Shown: in pieces, positions 18,825 through 29,308 of the stretch
How the letters are laid out: each line of letters starts with the position of its first letter
How positions within the stretch are numbered: the stretch's first letter is position 1
From: Alphaproteobacteria bacterium
Lineage (GTDB): Bacteria; Pseudomonadota; Alphaproteobacteria; UBA828
Assembly (NCBI GenBank): GCA_965216915.1
Contig: CBDCGS010000011.1
Coordinates: 523,230-587,229 of the forward strand
DNA: 64,000 nt
Reading direction: 5' to 3'
Notes under the pieces: generated by a model
The model's input: the letters and a program-made list of their open reading frames with translations, nothing else
Told to the model about the DNA's origin: nothing
The model's database searches: none
Translations under genes and position numbers: made by a program

Positions 18825-19070
18825 CTACCCGCCGCCGATCCGCGGCAGGAAGCAGACCTCGCTGTCGGGCTTGACCGGCGAGAAGAGCGCGTCCTGGTGG
18901 ATCTCGCCGTCGATCGCGACGGCCATGCCGTCCTCCAGCCACGGCCCCATCGCCGGGAAGCGCGCCTGAAGCGCGCGGATGACATCGCGCACGTTCGTGG
19001 CCGTGACCTCCACCTCGGTCTCGCCGTCCGCGAAGGCGGCGAGACCGCCTGTGAGCAGCACCTTCACCAT
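18825..19070 (-). CDS. MoaD/ThiS-family ubiquitin-like sulfur-carrier protein, 81 aa, C-terminal Gly-Gly
   Basis: Beta-grasp pattern MVKVLL...V.....GGG. The end CFLPRIGGG parallels MoaD VAFFPPVTGG. RBS GGAGGAG upstream. Confidence 0.8.
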   Translation of the reverse strand: MVKVLLTGGLAAFADGETEVEVTATNVRDVIRALQARFPAMGPWLEDGMAVAIDGEIHQDALFSPVKPDSEVCFLPRIGGG

Positions 19071-19109
19071 CGCCCGCGGCTGCTCCTCCGCCGCGGTTGC
19101 GCGCGCGCC

Positions 19110-21407
19110 CTAGTCGTCCCCGCCGCCCTCATGATCGAGCGCCGCGAGGAGACGCGGCGGCGACATCGGCAGATCGCTCATGCGCACGCCGGTGGCGTCG
19201 GCAACGGCGTTGGCGACAGCCGCCATGGGCGGGATGATCGGCACCTCGCCGACGCCACGCACGCCGAACGGATGGGTCGGGTTCGGCACCTCGACGATGA
19301 CCGCGTCGATCATCGGCAGGTCGGATGCGACCGGCATGCGATAATCGAGGAAGCCCGGGTTCTCGAGGCGGCCCTCGTCGTCGTAGATGTACTCCTCGTT
19401 GAGCGCCCAGCCGATGCCTTGGGCGGCACCGCCCTGGATCTGGCCCTCGACGTAGCTCGGGTGGATCGCCTTGCCGGCATCCTGCACCGCGGCGTAGCGG
19501 AGCACGGTGACCCGGCCGGTCTCGCGATCGACCTCGACATCGCAAATGTGCGTGCCGAAGCCTGGGCCGGCGCCCTGCGCGTTGATCTGCGCATGACCCA
19601 TGATCGGGCCACCGGTCTTGCCGGCCTGAGCCGCGATCTCCGCGAGCGAAAGCGGCTCGAACTCGCCGGCGTTGCTGCCGGCGGGCTTCGCATGGCCATC
19701 CTCCCAGACGACGGCGTCCTCGGCGATGTCCCAGATCTTGGCGGCGCGGGCGCGCATTTGACTGACCACATCTTCCGCCGCCTGAACCACGGCCATGCCG
19801 GTGGCAAACGTCACGCGGCTGCCGCCCGTGAGGAAGGTGTAGCCGAGCGAGCTCGTGTCGGCGACGAGCGGGCGCACCCGCTCGAGGTCGATGCCCAGCA
19901 CCTCGGCCGCCATCATGGCGAGCGAGGCGCGCGAGCCGCCGATGTCGGGATTGCCCTCGATCACCGTCGCGGTGCCATCCTCGTTGATGTTGATGCTCGC
20001 GCAGGATTCGCCGCCGATGTTGAACCAAAAGCCCGAAGCGACGCCGCGCCCCTGGTTCTCGCCGAGCGGGACGCTGTATTGCGGGTGGTTTTGCGCGGCA
20101 TCGAGGGTCTCGATAAAGCCGATCGGCCCGAATTCGGGCCCATGCAGGGTGCGCGTGCCCTCCTTGGCCGCGTTCTTCCGGCGGAAGTCGAGCGGGTCGA
20201 TGTCGAGCTTGCGCGCGAGCTCGTCAAGCACGATCTCGACGCCGAATTCCGCGATCGGTGCGCCCGGCGCCCGATAGGCCGCCACCTTCGGCCGATTGAC
20301 CACCACGTCGTAGCCGACGACCTTGGCGTTGTCGATGTCGTAGGGCGCGAAGGCGCACATGCAGCCGGGCAGGATCGGCGAGCCAGCAAAGGCGCCGGCC
20401 TGATATTTGAGCTCCGCCTCGGCGGCCGTGATGCGGCCGTCCTTGGTGGCGCCGATCTTGATCCAGGTGGTGCCGCCCGAGGTCGGGCCGGAGGCGCGAA
20501 ACACCTCCTCGCGCGACATCACGATCTTCACCGGCCGGCCGGTCTTTTTGGCGAGCAGCACGGCGAGCGGCTCGATGTAGACGACCGTCTTGCCGCCGAA
20601 GCCGCCGCCGATCTCCGACGGCGTCACGCGGATCTCCGAAAGATCCATGGCCAGCAGATTGGCGATGTAGGAACGCACCGTGTACTGGCCTTGGGTCGTG
20701 CACCAGACCTGGCACTGGCCATCCTCGGAGACGCTCGCGACCGCGGCATGGGGCTCGATATAGCCCTGATGCACGGGCTTGGTGGAAAAGCGACGCTCGA
20801 CGATCACGTCAGCCTTCGCGAAGCCCGCTTCCACATCGCCCTTGTCGAGATCGACCCGCTTCGCGACGTTGGAGGGCTTGGTCGGCGCCGGCTCGACCCC
20901 CTGGGTGATCTGATCGTCGTGGAGCACGGGCGCGTCCGGTTCCATCGCCTTCTCGACGTCGATCACGTGAGGCAGCACCTCGTAGTCGACCTTGATGAGC
21001 TTGAGCGCCTCCTTGGCGATGGCCGGCGAGGTGGCGGCGACGGCGGCGAGCGCGTGGCCGTCATAGAGCACCTTGTCGCGCGCCATGACGTTGCAGGACA
21101 TGTCGCGGAAATTCACCAGCACCTCGCCCGCGGGCAGCCAATCGGCCGGCGGGAGCGGCGGCATGTCGTCACCGGTGATCACCGCCTTGACGCCCGGCAG
21201 GGCCCGCGCCGCCGACGTGTCGATCGACTTGATGCGCGCGTGGGCGTGAGGGCTCCGCAGCACCCGCCCGACGAGCATGCCGGGCAGTGAGAAATCGGCG
21301 CCGAATTTTGCGCGTCCGGTGACCTTGTCCACCCCGTCGGGCCGCACGGGCCGCTTGCCGACCCATTTGAGATCGCCGTTTTGCGCGTCTTTCAGTGCCG
21401 TTGCCAT
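19110..21407 (-). CDS. Molybdopterin-dependent oxidoreductase large (MoCo-binding) subunit, xanthine dehydrogenase / CoxL / aldehyde oxidase family
   Basis: About 765-aa protein with the typical N-terminal a/b-hammerhead and MoCo-binding regions. The ATG overlaps the small-subunit stop (TGATG). Confidence 0.9.
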   Translation of the reverse strand: MATALKDAQNGDLKWVGKRPVRPDGVDKVTGRAKFGADFSLPGMLVGRVLRSPHAHARIKSIDTSAARALPGVKAVITGDDMPPLPPADWLPAGEVLVNFRDMSCNVMARDKVLYDGHALAAVAATSPAIAKEALKLIKVDYEVLPHVIDVEKAMEPDAPVLHDDQITQGVEPAPTKPSNVAKRVDLDKGDVEAGFAKADVIVERRFSTKPVHQGYIEPHAAVASVSEDGQCQVWCTTQGQYTVRSYIANLLAMDLSEIRVTPSEIGGGFGGKTVVYIEPLAVLLAKKTGRPVKIVMSREEVFRASGPTSGGTTWIKIGATKDGRITAAEAELKYQAGAFAGSPILPGCMCAFAPYDIDNAKVVGYDVVVNRPKVAAYRAPGAPIAEFGVEIVLDELARKLDIDPLDFRRKNAAKEGTRTLHGPEFGPIGFIETLDAAQNHPQYSVPLGENQGRGVASGFWFNIGGESCASININEDGTATVIEGNPDIGGSRASLAMMAAEVLGIDLERVRPLVADTSSLGYTFLTGGSRVTFATGMAVVQAAEDVVSQMRARAAKIWDIAEDAVVWEDGHAKPAGSNAGEFEPLSLAEIAAQAGKTGGPIMGHAQINAQGAGPGFGTHICDVEVDRETGRVTVLRYAAVQDAGKAIHPSYVEGQIQGGAAQGIGWALNEEYIYDDEGRLENPGFLDYRMPVASDLPMIDAVIVEVPNPTHPFGVRGVGEVPIIPPMAAVANAVADATGVRMSDLPMSPPRLLAALDHEGGGDD

Positions 21408-21886
21408 CACGCATCTCCTCTCATGTCGGCCGCCGCGAGCATCACGGCCCGTATCACTTTGTCATACCCGGTGCAGCGGCAGAGATTGCCAGCCAGCCAG
21501 TAACGTGCCTCGGTTTCGGTCGGGTTGGGATGGCGCTCGAGCAGCGACTTCGCCGCGATCAAGAGGCCCGGCGTGCACACCCCGCATTGCAGCGCCGCTT
21601 CCTCGAGGAAGCGTTGCTGGAGGGGATGGAGCGTCTCGCCATCGGCCATCCCCTCGATGGTCTCGACCGAGCGGCCCCGGGCCTCGGCGCCAAGCACGAG
21701 GCAGGAGCACACCAGCCTGCCGTCGAGCAACACACTGCATGCGCCGCAATCGCCGGTGCTGCAGCCTTCCTTGCTGCCCGTCAACCCAAGCTCGTCGCGG
21801 AGCACGTCCAGCAACGTTTCCTCCGCCGTGCACAAAAACTCGACCGGCTCGCCGTTGACCGTCGTTTCGACGTGATATTTCGCCAT
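21407..21886 (-). CDS. (2Fe-2S)-binding small subunit of the molybdenum hydroxylase (CoxS-like)
   Basis: Two [2Fe-2S] motifs: C-x4-C-x2-C...C ([12 protein letters not shown]) and QCGVCTPG / CRCTGY. Confidence 0.9.
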   Translation of the reverse strand: MAKYHVETTVNGEPVEFLCTAEETLLDVLRDELGLTGSKEGCSTGDCGACSVLLDGRLVCSCLVLGAEARGRSVETIEGMADGETLHPLQQRFLEEAALQCGVCTPGLLIAAKSLLERHPNPTETEARYWLAGNLCRCTGYDKVIRAVMLAAADMRGDA

Positions 21887-22756
21887 CTAACCGTTCCTCG
21901 CACGCTCGAGGGCGATCCCGGCGGCGCGGCGTGCCAAGACGCCTGCCACCTTGACGCGGTATTCGACCGTGCCTCTCTTGTCATCGATCGGGTTGCACGC
22001 CGCGCTCGCCGCGGCCGCCAGCTTCTCGAGCGCCGGCGCGTCGACTGGCGTGCCGATCAGCGCGTCGGCGCCCTCCGTCACCAGGAGAGGACGCGGGGCG
22101 ACCGCGCCGAGACCGACGCGTGCCTCCGTGCAGACGCCATCGCCATCGAGCGTCAGGTTGACGCCCGCACCCACGACCGCGATATCCATCTCGGTCCGGG
22201 GAATAAAGCGCAGGTAAGCGTCGCCGCGTCCGGCCGCCTTGCCGGGAAGCGTGAACGACACCACGAACTCACCGCGCTGAAGCACGGTCTCACCCGGCGC
22301 GGTCACGAACTCCTCGACCGGAACCGTGCGCCGGCCGTCGGGGCCCGCAACGTTGCACACGGCGCCCGCAGCGATCAGGGCCGGCACCGTGTCGGCGGCC
22401 GGCGACGCGTTGCAAAGATTGCCGCCGAGCGATGCGCGCCCTTGGATCTGGGTCGAGCCGATCAGCTCGGTCGCCTCGACGACGCCGGGCCAGGCCGCCT
22501 TGAGCGCCTCGTGCTCGCCGATCTCGGCGCCCGTCGCCGCAGCCCCGATGTGAAACGAGCCATTTTCCTCCGTGATCGCGCGGACCTCGGGGATCTGCTT
22601 CACGTCGACGATCACCGCCGGTTCGATCATGTCGAGCCGGAGCTGGACCAGCAGATCCGTGCCGCCAGCCAGCACCTTTGCCCCGCCGTTCGCATCTGCG
22701 AGGCATCGCACCGCCTCGTCCACCGACGTCGGCGCTTCATACCGTTGTGTCACCAT
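21887..22756 (-). CDS. FAD-binding medium subunit of the molybdenum hydroxylase (CoxM-like, FAD_binding_5 + CO_deh_flav_C)
   Basis: Motif AGGTDL and the typical CoxM length (289 aa). Its stop abuts the small-subunit ATG. Confidence 0.9.
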   Translation of the reverse strand: MVTQRYEAPTSVDEAVRCLADANGGAKVLAGGTDLLVQLRLDMIEPAVIVDVKQIPEVRAITEENGSFHIGAAATGAEIGEHEALKAAWPGVVEATELIGSTQIQGRASLGGNLCNASPAADTVPALIAAGAVCNVAGPDGRRTVPVEEFVTAPGETVLQRGEFVVSFTLPGKAAGRGDAYLRFIPRTEMDIAVVGAGVNLTLDGDGVCTEARVGLGAVAPRPLLVTEGADALIGTPVDAPALEKLAAAASAACNPIDDKRGTVEYRVKVAGVLARRAAGIALERARNG

Positions 22757-22954
22757 CCTGGCGTCTATCTCCCTCGCCTAAATTCGCCCTCTCGCCATGA
22801 GAACATGGCGCGCGTCTTTTTCCGCGCACAGGCAGCGATAGTCTACCGCCACCGCCCAAGGGACGCGACCGCTTGTCTACGGCAAGAATACGAAAATGGC
22901 CAGGCCGGAACGGCGCGTGCGTGGCGTAGAGTAGCGCGCGATGAGGTCAGCTCC

Positions 22955-23416
22955 GTGAAAGCCCTGCTCCAGCGTGTGTCGAGCGCCTCGGTCGCGGTGG
23001 ACGGCGAGACCATCGCCGCCATCGGCCGCGGTCTCCTCGTCCTCGTCTGCGCCGAGCCAGGGGACGGCGCGGCGGATGTGGAATACCTCGCCCGCAAGCT
23101 CGCTCAGCTGCGGATCTTCCCCGACGATGCCGGCAAGATGAACCGCTCGGTGGTGGACGTTGGGGGCGCGGTCCTGCTGGTGAGCCAATTCACCTTGGCA
23201 GCCGATTGTCGGCGCGGCAACCGGCCGTCCTTCTCCGGCGCGGCGGCGCCCGCAGAGGCGAAGCCCCTGCTGGAATCGGTCAGGGCTGCGCTTCGCGCGG
23301 CGGGTCTTTCCGTTGAATGCGGCGCCTTCGGCGCAGACAGCGCCGTCAGCCTGACCAACGACGGCCCGGTGACGATTTGGCTCGACTCGTCCGCGCGTGC
23401 CGAGGGCCGCCGGTGA
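22955..23416 (+). CDS. dtd: D-aminoacyl-tRNA deacylase
   Basis: Strong similarity to Dtd ([38 protein letters not shown]). GTG start with a GAGG SD 8 nt upstream. The longer track ORF is a run-on artefact. Confidence 0.85.
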   Translation: MKALLQRVSSASVAVDGETIAAIGRGLLVLVCAEPGDGAADVEYLARKLAQLRIFPDDAGKMNRSVVDVGGAVLLVSQFTLAADCRRGNRPSFSGAAAPAEAKPLLESVRAALRAAGLSVECGAFGADSAVSLTNDGPVTIWLDSSARAEGRR

Positions 23417-23487
23417 TTGTCGGATCGCGGCCGGGCGCCTAGGATCAGCTCGGTTCACGAATCGTTTCGGCGAGAAGGGGGTCTCTC

Positions 23488-25053
23488 ATGGCACGCGGCC
23501 CGGAGCTGCCATCAGTCCGTCAGCTGGGTGAGATCGCGGCGGATTTCGGCCTCGATCTGACCGACGACGAACTCGGTCTTCAGCGCGATGCGATGCGGGG
23601 TGCACTCGCGAGCCTGCGCCGGATCGATGATCTCACGGAGGAGCGTCCGCGCGTCAAATACCCGCGCACCCCGGGTTATCGGCCGGAACCGGAGGACAAC
23701 CCCTACAACGCCTGGTACTGGCGCACCGATATTGAAGGCGCCTCAGAGGGCATTCTCGCCGGGTTCGATATCGGGGTGAAGGACGTGGTGTCCGTCGCGG
23801 GCGTGCCGATGATGAACGGCGCGCGCGTGATCGAAGGCTTGGTGCCGACGGTCGATGCCACCATCGTCACGCGCATCTTGGACGCGGGCGGGCGGATCGT
23901 CGGCAAGACCGCCTGCTCGGATTTTTCGTTCTCGGGCGGCGGGCACACCAGCGGCTACGGGCCGGTCCGCAATCCGCGCAAGCCCAGCCATGCGCCGGGC
24001 GGCTCCTCGAAAGGGAGCGGCGCCGCGCTCGCGGCCGGCGATGTGCCCATGGCCATCGGCGGGGATCAGGGCGGCTCGATCCGCATTCCGGCATCTTGGT
24101 GCGGCGTGGTTGGCCACAAGGCGACCTACGGGCTCGTCCCCTACACGGGCTGCATGATGATCGAGATGACGCTCGACCACATCGGCCCGATGGCCGGCAC
24201 CGTGGAGAACGTCGCGCGGCTTCTCACCGCGATCGCCGGCCCCGACCCCTTGGATCCGCGCCAGCGCGGCGTCATCCCCGAGGACTATGTGCGGGACTAC
24301 ATGCCCGCGATCGGCGCAGGCTGCGAGGGGCTTCGCGTCGGGGTGCTGCGCGAGGGCTTCGGCCAGACGGACGAGAGCTTCGGTGCGCTCGCCCTGCCGG
24401 GCAGCGATCCGGCGGTCGATGCCAAGGTGGAAGCGGCGGTTCAGCGCCTGGAAGCGGCCGGCGCAAAGGTCGCGGACGTGTCGGTGCCCATGCACTTCGA
24501 CGGCCTTGCGATCTGGTTCGCGGTTGCGGCCGAAGGAGCGACCGAGTTCATGATCAAGGGCTACGGCGCTGGCACCAATTGGTCGGGCTACTACGATGTT
24601 CCGCAGATCGAGCACATGGCGAAGAGCTACCGCACGCGCCCGAACGATCTGCCGCTCACCGTCAAGAACGTCCTTCTGCTCGGTGAGTATCTAAAACGCA
24701 ACTATTTTGGTCGGTACTATGCGAAGGCGCAAAACCTGAAGGGCAAGCTCACGCGGGCCTATGACGCGGTTCTCGATTCCGTCGACGTCTTGGTGTTGCC
24801 GACCATTCCGCATCTTCCCGGTGAGATCCCGGGCTATGACGCTGATTTCGGCGAGTACATGTTCCGCGCGCTCAACATGCTCAACAACACGCCGCAGTTC
24901 AATTTGACCGGACACCCCGCGATCAGCGTCCCATGCGGCGCCTCCGACGACTTGCCGGTTGGCTTCCAGGTGGTGGGCCGGCATTTCGACGACCTCACCG
25001 TGCTGCGTGTGGCCGATGCCGTGGAGAAGAGCGGCGACTGGCGCTCGCTATGA
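23488..25053 (+). CDS. Amidase (amidase-signature family)
   Basis: AS-family Ser-cisSer-Lys signature region GGSSKGSGAALAAG..GGDQGGSIRIPAS. Confidence 0.9.
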   Translation: MARGPELPSVRQLGEIAADFGLDLTDDELGLQRDAMRGALASLRRIDDLTEERPRVKYPRTPGYRPEPEDNPYNAWYWRTDIEGASEGILAGFDIGVKDVVSVAGVPMMNGARVIEGLVPTVDATIVTRILDAGGRIVGKTACSDFSFSGGGHTSGYGPVRNPRKPSHAPGGSSKGSGAALAAGDVPMAIGGDQGGSIRIPASWCGVVGHKATYGLVPYTGCMMIEMTLDHIGPMAGTVENVARLLTAIAGPDPLDPRQRGVIPEDYVRDYMPAIGAGCEGLRVGVLREGFGQTDESFGALALPGSDPAVDAKVEAAVQRLEAAGAKVADVSVPMHFDGLAIWFAVAAEGATEFMIKGYGAGTNWSGYYDVPQIEHMAKSYRTRPNDLPLTVKNVLLLGEYLKRNYFGRYYAKAQNLKGKLTRAYDAVLDSVDVLVLPTIPHLPGEIPGYDADFGEYMFRALNMLNNTPQFNLTGHPAISVPCGASDDLPVGFQVVGRHFDDLTVLRVADAVEKSGDWRSL

Positions 25054-25098
25054 GGGTGGGCGCGAGCAACGCCGCCCGGATGGCATAGCCGGGGCCGC

Positions 25099-25830
25099 AT
25101 GAGCGATCGCTTCGAGATCATCGTCGTCGACGATGAGCGGGAAATCCGAGACATGGTCGGCGAGTATCTGCGCGACCAGGGCTTCTCGGTGAGAACCGCC
25201 AACGGCGGTGGCGAGCTGCGTTCCTGCATCGAGGAGAAGACCGCCGATCTCGTGCTGCTCGATGTCCGCATGCCGGGCGAGGACGGGCTGACGCTCGCGC
25301 GCTATCTGCGCGAGCACACGGACGCCGCGATCGTCATGCTGACGGCCGCGGGCGAGGTGACCGAACGCATTGTCGGGCTCGAGATGGGCGCCGATGACTA
25401 CATAGCGAAACCGTTCAACCTGCGCGAACTCCTCGCGCGCATCAAAGCAGTGCTGCGTCGCTCAGGCAAAGCGGACGCAGAGCCTCCCCGCGAAGAACAA
25501 GCGGGTGGCGGCGCCAACGAGGTCCGGTTTGGCGAATGCGTGCTGCGGCTTGATTCGCACAAGCTCGTGCAGCGCGATGGTGAGGAGCTCACGCTCACCT
25601 CGATGGAGTTCGACCTTCTCGAGACCTTCGCGCGCAACCCGAACCGGGTGCTGAGCCGCGACCAGCTGCTCGACCTTGCCCACAACCGCGACTGGGAGCC
25701 CTTCGACCGCAGCATCGACATCCGCATTTCACGCATCCGGCGCAAGATCGAGAAAGACCCTAAGACGCCGCGCATCATCAAGACGGTGCGCGGCGCGGGC
25801 TACATGTTCGTGCCGGACGGAGACGCCTGA
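25099..25830 (+). CDS. OmpR-family two-component response regulator (REC + winged-helix)
   Basis: Receiver motifs (DDE..., LVLLDVRMPGEDG, KPF) and a C-terminal wHTH (TVRGAGYMF). Confidence 0.9.
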   Translation: MSDRFEIIVVDDEREIRDMVGEYLRDQGFSVRTANGGGELRSCIEEKTADLVLLDVRMPGEDGLTLARYLREHTDAAIVMLTAAGEVTERIVGLEMGADDYIAKPFNLRELLARIKAVLRRSGKADAEPPREEQAGGGANEVRFGECVLRLDSHKLVQRDGEELTLTSMEFDLLETFARNPNRVLSRDQLLDLAHNRDWEPFDRSIDIRISRIRRKIEKDPKTPRIIKTVRGAGYMFVPDGDA

Positions 25831-27773
25831 TGAGCGAGCCCGCCGGCGGACGCGAACCGCACGGGGCGGTCGCGCCGACGACCATCGGCGAGGCGCACTT
25901 CGAGGGTCTTCTCGACGGCATCCCCGAGCGTGTGGCCTACCTCGATCTCGACCTCAACTATCTCTATGTGAACGAAGCATACGCGCACTTCATGAAGCGG
26001 CCGAAGTCCGAGATCATCGGGCGAAACCTGGCCGAGATTCGCGGCGCAGAGGCGACCGCGATGGTGCGCGACCACGTCACCCGCACCCTGGCCGGCGAAC
26101 AGGTGCGCTGGGAAGGCTGGCACAGCTACACGACCGGCACGCAACGCTTCATCGAGCGCTATTACAGCGTGCACCGCAACGCCAGTGGCACGCCTGAGGG
26201 CTTTCGCATCTTCGTGCGTGACCTCACCGAGCTGAAACAGGCGGAACAGTCGCTCCGGGAAAGCGAGCAGCGGTTTCGCGCAATCGCGGCGGCCCACCCG
26301 GTGCCCCTGATCATCACGCGCATCAGCGATGGGCGTGTGCTTTTCGCAAACAGCCCATTCCTAAAGCTCATCGGCGCAAAGCCGGACACGCTCACCGGGC
26401 GGCCAAGCGCCACGCTCTTCGCCGACAGCGAGCGCGGCAATCTCTTTGCCAGCGGTTTTCAGGAGGGGAGTTTTCCGGACGGTCTCGAAGTGCAGATGAC
26501 CAAGACCGACGGCACCATCTTTTGGGCCTCGCTGACGGCGCGGCGCATCGCGTTCGACAGCGAGCAGGCGGTCGTGACGAGCGTTGTCGACCTGACCGAG
26601 CGGCGCAACGCAGAGCAGGAAATCGCGCGCCAGCGGGAGGCGCTGCACCAAAGCGAGAAGCTGAGCGCGCTCGGCTCGCTCCTATCCAACGTGGCGCATG
26701 AGCTGAACAACCCGCTGTCGGTCGTGCTCGGCCACTCGCAAATTCTCGCGGAATCGGACCATGGCGCGCCGGTCACCGAGCGCGCGGCGAAGATTCAGAG
26801 CGCGGCGAAGCGCTGCGCCGGGATTGTCCGCACCTTCTTGAGCCTGGCACGCAACGAGGAATCGCTGCAGCGGCCGGTCTCGCTCAACGAAATCGTCGGC
26901 AACGCGCTGACCTTGATGGATTACGGCCTGCGCACGGCGGGGATCGAGGTGGTCACGGATCTTGCCGACGACCTGCCTGAAACCAGCGCCGATGCGGATC
27001 AGATCCCGTTGGTCGCGACAAACCTGCTCCTCAACGCCCAGCAAGCGCTGCAAGATTTCCCCGAGCCGCGCAAGCTTTGGATCAAGACCGATGTCGATGA
27101 AAGCCGCACCAATGTGCGCCTCACGGTGGCCGACAACGGCCCCGGCGTACCGGCCGACATGCGCGAGCGGATCTTCGAGCAATTCGTGACCAGCAAGCCC
27201 CACGGCCGCGGCACCGGCGTCGGCCTCGCGGTTTCCCAATCGATCCTGTCGGCGCATGAGGGGAAGATCACCGTCACGGACACGCCGGGCGGCGGCGCGA
27301 CGTTTGTCGTAAGCCTCCCCATCGTCGCGGCCACGGGGGTGGCGCTGCCGCGCCGGGCAGAGCCGGATGAGATCATGCCGCCCTCGGTCGGCCACGGTCA
27401 GGCGCTGCTCATCGTCGAGGACGAGCCCGACGTCTCGGACATGCTCGCCGAGATGCTCACGCCCGACGGCTTCGACGTCTATGTCGCCGAGAGCGGCCGC
27501 GCCGCCGTTAGACTGCTCGGTGACCGCGATTTCGGCATCATCATCAGTGACCTGCGCATGCCCGACATGGATGGGCCCGCGCTCTTTCGCTGGATCCAGA
27601 AAGAACGGCCCCATCTGGTCGACGGCGTCATCTTCGTCACCGGCGACATGCTCAGCGCCGCCTCCCGGCAATTTCTCGACACGGCATCTCGTCCCCATCT
27701 CGAGAAACCGCTGAACCCGGCCGATGTGCGCCGCGCCGTCGGGCGCATCGTCCAAAGCGACGCCGAGCTATGA
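25830..27773 (+). CDS. Hybrid sensor histidine kinase (2x PAS, HisKA, HATPase_c, C-terminal receiver)
   Basis: H-box VAHELNNPL; G boxes DNGPGV, GTGVGL; C-terminal REC (IVEDEPDV...ISDLRMPDMDG). The start overlaps the regulator stop (TGATG). Confidence 0.9.
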   Translation: MSEPAGGREPHGAVAPTTIGEAHFEGLLDGIPERVAYLDLDLNYLYVNEAYAHFMKRPKSEIIGRNLAEIRGAEATAMVRDHVTRTLAGEQVRWEGWHSYTTGTQRFIERYYSVHRNASGTPEGFRIFVRDLTELKQAEQSLRESEQRFRAIAAAHPVPLIITRISDGRVLFANSPFLKLIGAKPDTLTGRPSATLFADSERGNLFASGFQEGSFPDGLEVQMTKTDGTIFWASLTARRIAFDSEQAVVTSVVDLTERRNAEQEIARQREALHQSEKLSALGSLLSNVAHELNNPLSVVLGHSQILAESDHGAPVTERAAKIQSAAKRCAGIVRTFLSLARNEESLQRPVSLNEIVGNALTLMDYGLRTAGIEVVTDLADDLPETSADADQIPLVATNLLLNAQQALQDFPEPRKLWIKTDVDESRTNVRLTVADNGPGVPADMRERIFEQFVTSKPHGRGTGVGLAVSQSILSAHEGKITVTDTPGGGATFVVSLPIVAATGVALPRRAEPDEIMPPSVGHGQALLIVEDEPDVSDMLAEMLTPDGFDVYVAESGRAAVRLLGDRDFGIIISDLRMPDMDGPALFRWIQKERPHLVDGVIFVTGDMLSAASRQFLDTASRPHLEKPLNPADVRRAVGRIVQSDAEL

Positions 27774-27840
27774 GGGCAAATACGCACCCCGACCCCCGCC
27801 GTTCGCGAGCGGCGTTCTCTTAGGCCAGCCGTCGGGGTCC

Positions 27841-29271
27841 ATGGCCGAATTCGCCGAATACACGCACCACGACGCGGTCGGTCTCGCCGACCTGATCGCG
27901 CGGCGCGAGGTCTCCGTGCGGGAGGTTGTCGAGGCTGCACGCGAGCGGATCGCCCTGCTCAACACACGTCTCTCCGCGGTTGTCTCTCACATGGACGAAG
28001 AAGCCGAGCGCCTCGTGACCGCACATGCTGCCGGACCGTTCGCGGGCGTCCCCTTCCTCCTCAAGGATCTCGGCCTTCTTTATGCCGGCCACACGTTGAC
28101 CAATGGGAGCCGCTTCTGGCGCGACTTCGTGCCGGATCATCACAGCACGCTGACCGAGCGCTACCTGGCCGCGGGTTTGGTGGTTCTGGGCAAGACGAAC
28201 ACACCGGAGCTCGGGCTCGCCGCCGAGACCGCATCCGTGGCGCTCGGAGCCTGCCACAATCCCTGGGCGCCCGCGCGCAGCGCCGGCGGCTCGAGCGGTG
28301 GCGCGGCCGCGGCCGTGGCCGCGCGTATGGTGCCGATGGCCCATGCCAGCGACGGCGGCGGCTCGATCCGGATTCCGTCGGCGAACTGCGGCGTCTTCGG
28401 GTTGAAGCCGACGCGCGCCCGCAACCCTATCGGCCCCGATGTCGGGGAAGGCTGGAGCGGTCTTGCAACGCATCACTGCATCAGCATCAGCGTGCGGGAT
28501 AGCGCGGCGCTCCTCGATGCAACCCAGGGCGCGGCCCCCGGGGACCCTTACTGGGCCCCGCCACCCTCGCGCCCGTTCGCCGAAGAGGTGACGCGGGATC
28601 CGGGCATGCTGCGCATCGGTTTGATCCGGCAGGCCCCAAGCGGCACGCCGGTCGATCCCGCTTGCCTAGCGGCTGTCGACGAAGCGGCAAGGCTCTGCGA
28701 ATCGCTCGGTCATCGGGTCGAGGAGGCGCGCTTCGCCATCGATTGGGACGCGCTCGTCGAGGGCCTGCTCACGATCGTCAGTTGCAATACGGGCCACGCT
28801 CTGGAACTGCGCGCCGCCGCACGCGGTCGCGCGGCCCGCCCCGATGACGTCGAGGCGGTGACCTGGCAATTCGCGGAGCGCGGAAAGAGGCTCGGCGGAA
28901 CCGCCTACCCCGCGGCGTTGCTGGCGATGCATACGGTGGGGCGCCAGGTCGCAGACACGTTCATGCATCATGATGTGATCTTGTCGCCGACCCTCGCCGA
29001 GCCGCCCCTGCCCCTCAACACGCTCGACATGATGAGCGACGACCTCGACGCCTATAACGAACGCACGATGCAGGCGATCCCGTTCACCGGGATCTACAAT
29101 GTGTCCGGTTGCCCGGCGATGTCGGTCCCCCTGATCTGGAGCGGCGATGGCTTGCCGATTGGGATCCAGTTCGGCGCGTCGTTCGGCCGCGAGGACACGT
29201 TGATCCGCCTTGCCGGGCAGCTTGAGCGCGCGCGCCCCTGGGCCAGACGCGTGCCGCCAATGGCGCGCTAG
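27841..29271 (+). CDS. Amidase (amidase-signature family), paralog of 23488-25053
   Basis: Signature GGSSGGAAAAVAA...SDGGGSIRIPSA. The start was chosen at MAEFAEY (27841); the track ORF begins earlier. Confidence 0.85.
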   Translation: MAEFAEYTHHDAVGLADLIARREVSVREVVEAARERIALLNTRLSAVVSHMDEEAERLVTAHAAGPFAGVPFLLKDLGLLYAGHTLTNGSRFWRDFVPDHHSTLTERYLAAGLVVLGKTNTPELGLAAETASVALGACHNPWAPARSAGGSSGGAAAAVAARMVPMAHASDGGGSIRIPSANCGVFGLKPTRARNPIGPDVGEGWSGLATHHCISISVRDSAALLDATQGAAPGDPYWAPPPSRPFAEEVTRDPGMLRIGLIRQAPSGTPVDPACLAAVDEAARLCESLGHRVEEARFAIDWDALVEGLLTIVSCNTGHALELRAAARGRAARPDDVEAVTWQFAERGKRLGGTAYPAALLAMHTVGRQVADTFMHHDVILSPTLAEPPLPLNTLDMMSDDLDAYNERTMQAIPFTGIYNVSGCPAMSVPLIWSGDGLPIGIQFGASFGREDTLIRLAGQLERARPWARRVPPMAR

Positions 29272-29308
29272 ACCGGATGGGCCAGGGTCTTCGTCCGAGC
29301 GGCCACGC

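Noticed and set aside
18897-21290. 797-aa plus-strand ORF antisense to the MoCo subunit (and similar shadow ORFs 19129-20028, 20224-20715)
   Set aside because: Low-complexity shadow frames; the opposite strand has unambiguous xanthine-dehydrogenase-family homology.
21395-23416. 673-aa plus-strand ORF spanning the Fe-S and FAD subunit genes and dtd
   Set aside because: Only the last ~153 codons (dtd, GTG start at 22955) are real. The upstream part is antisense to the hydroxylase genes.
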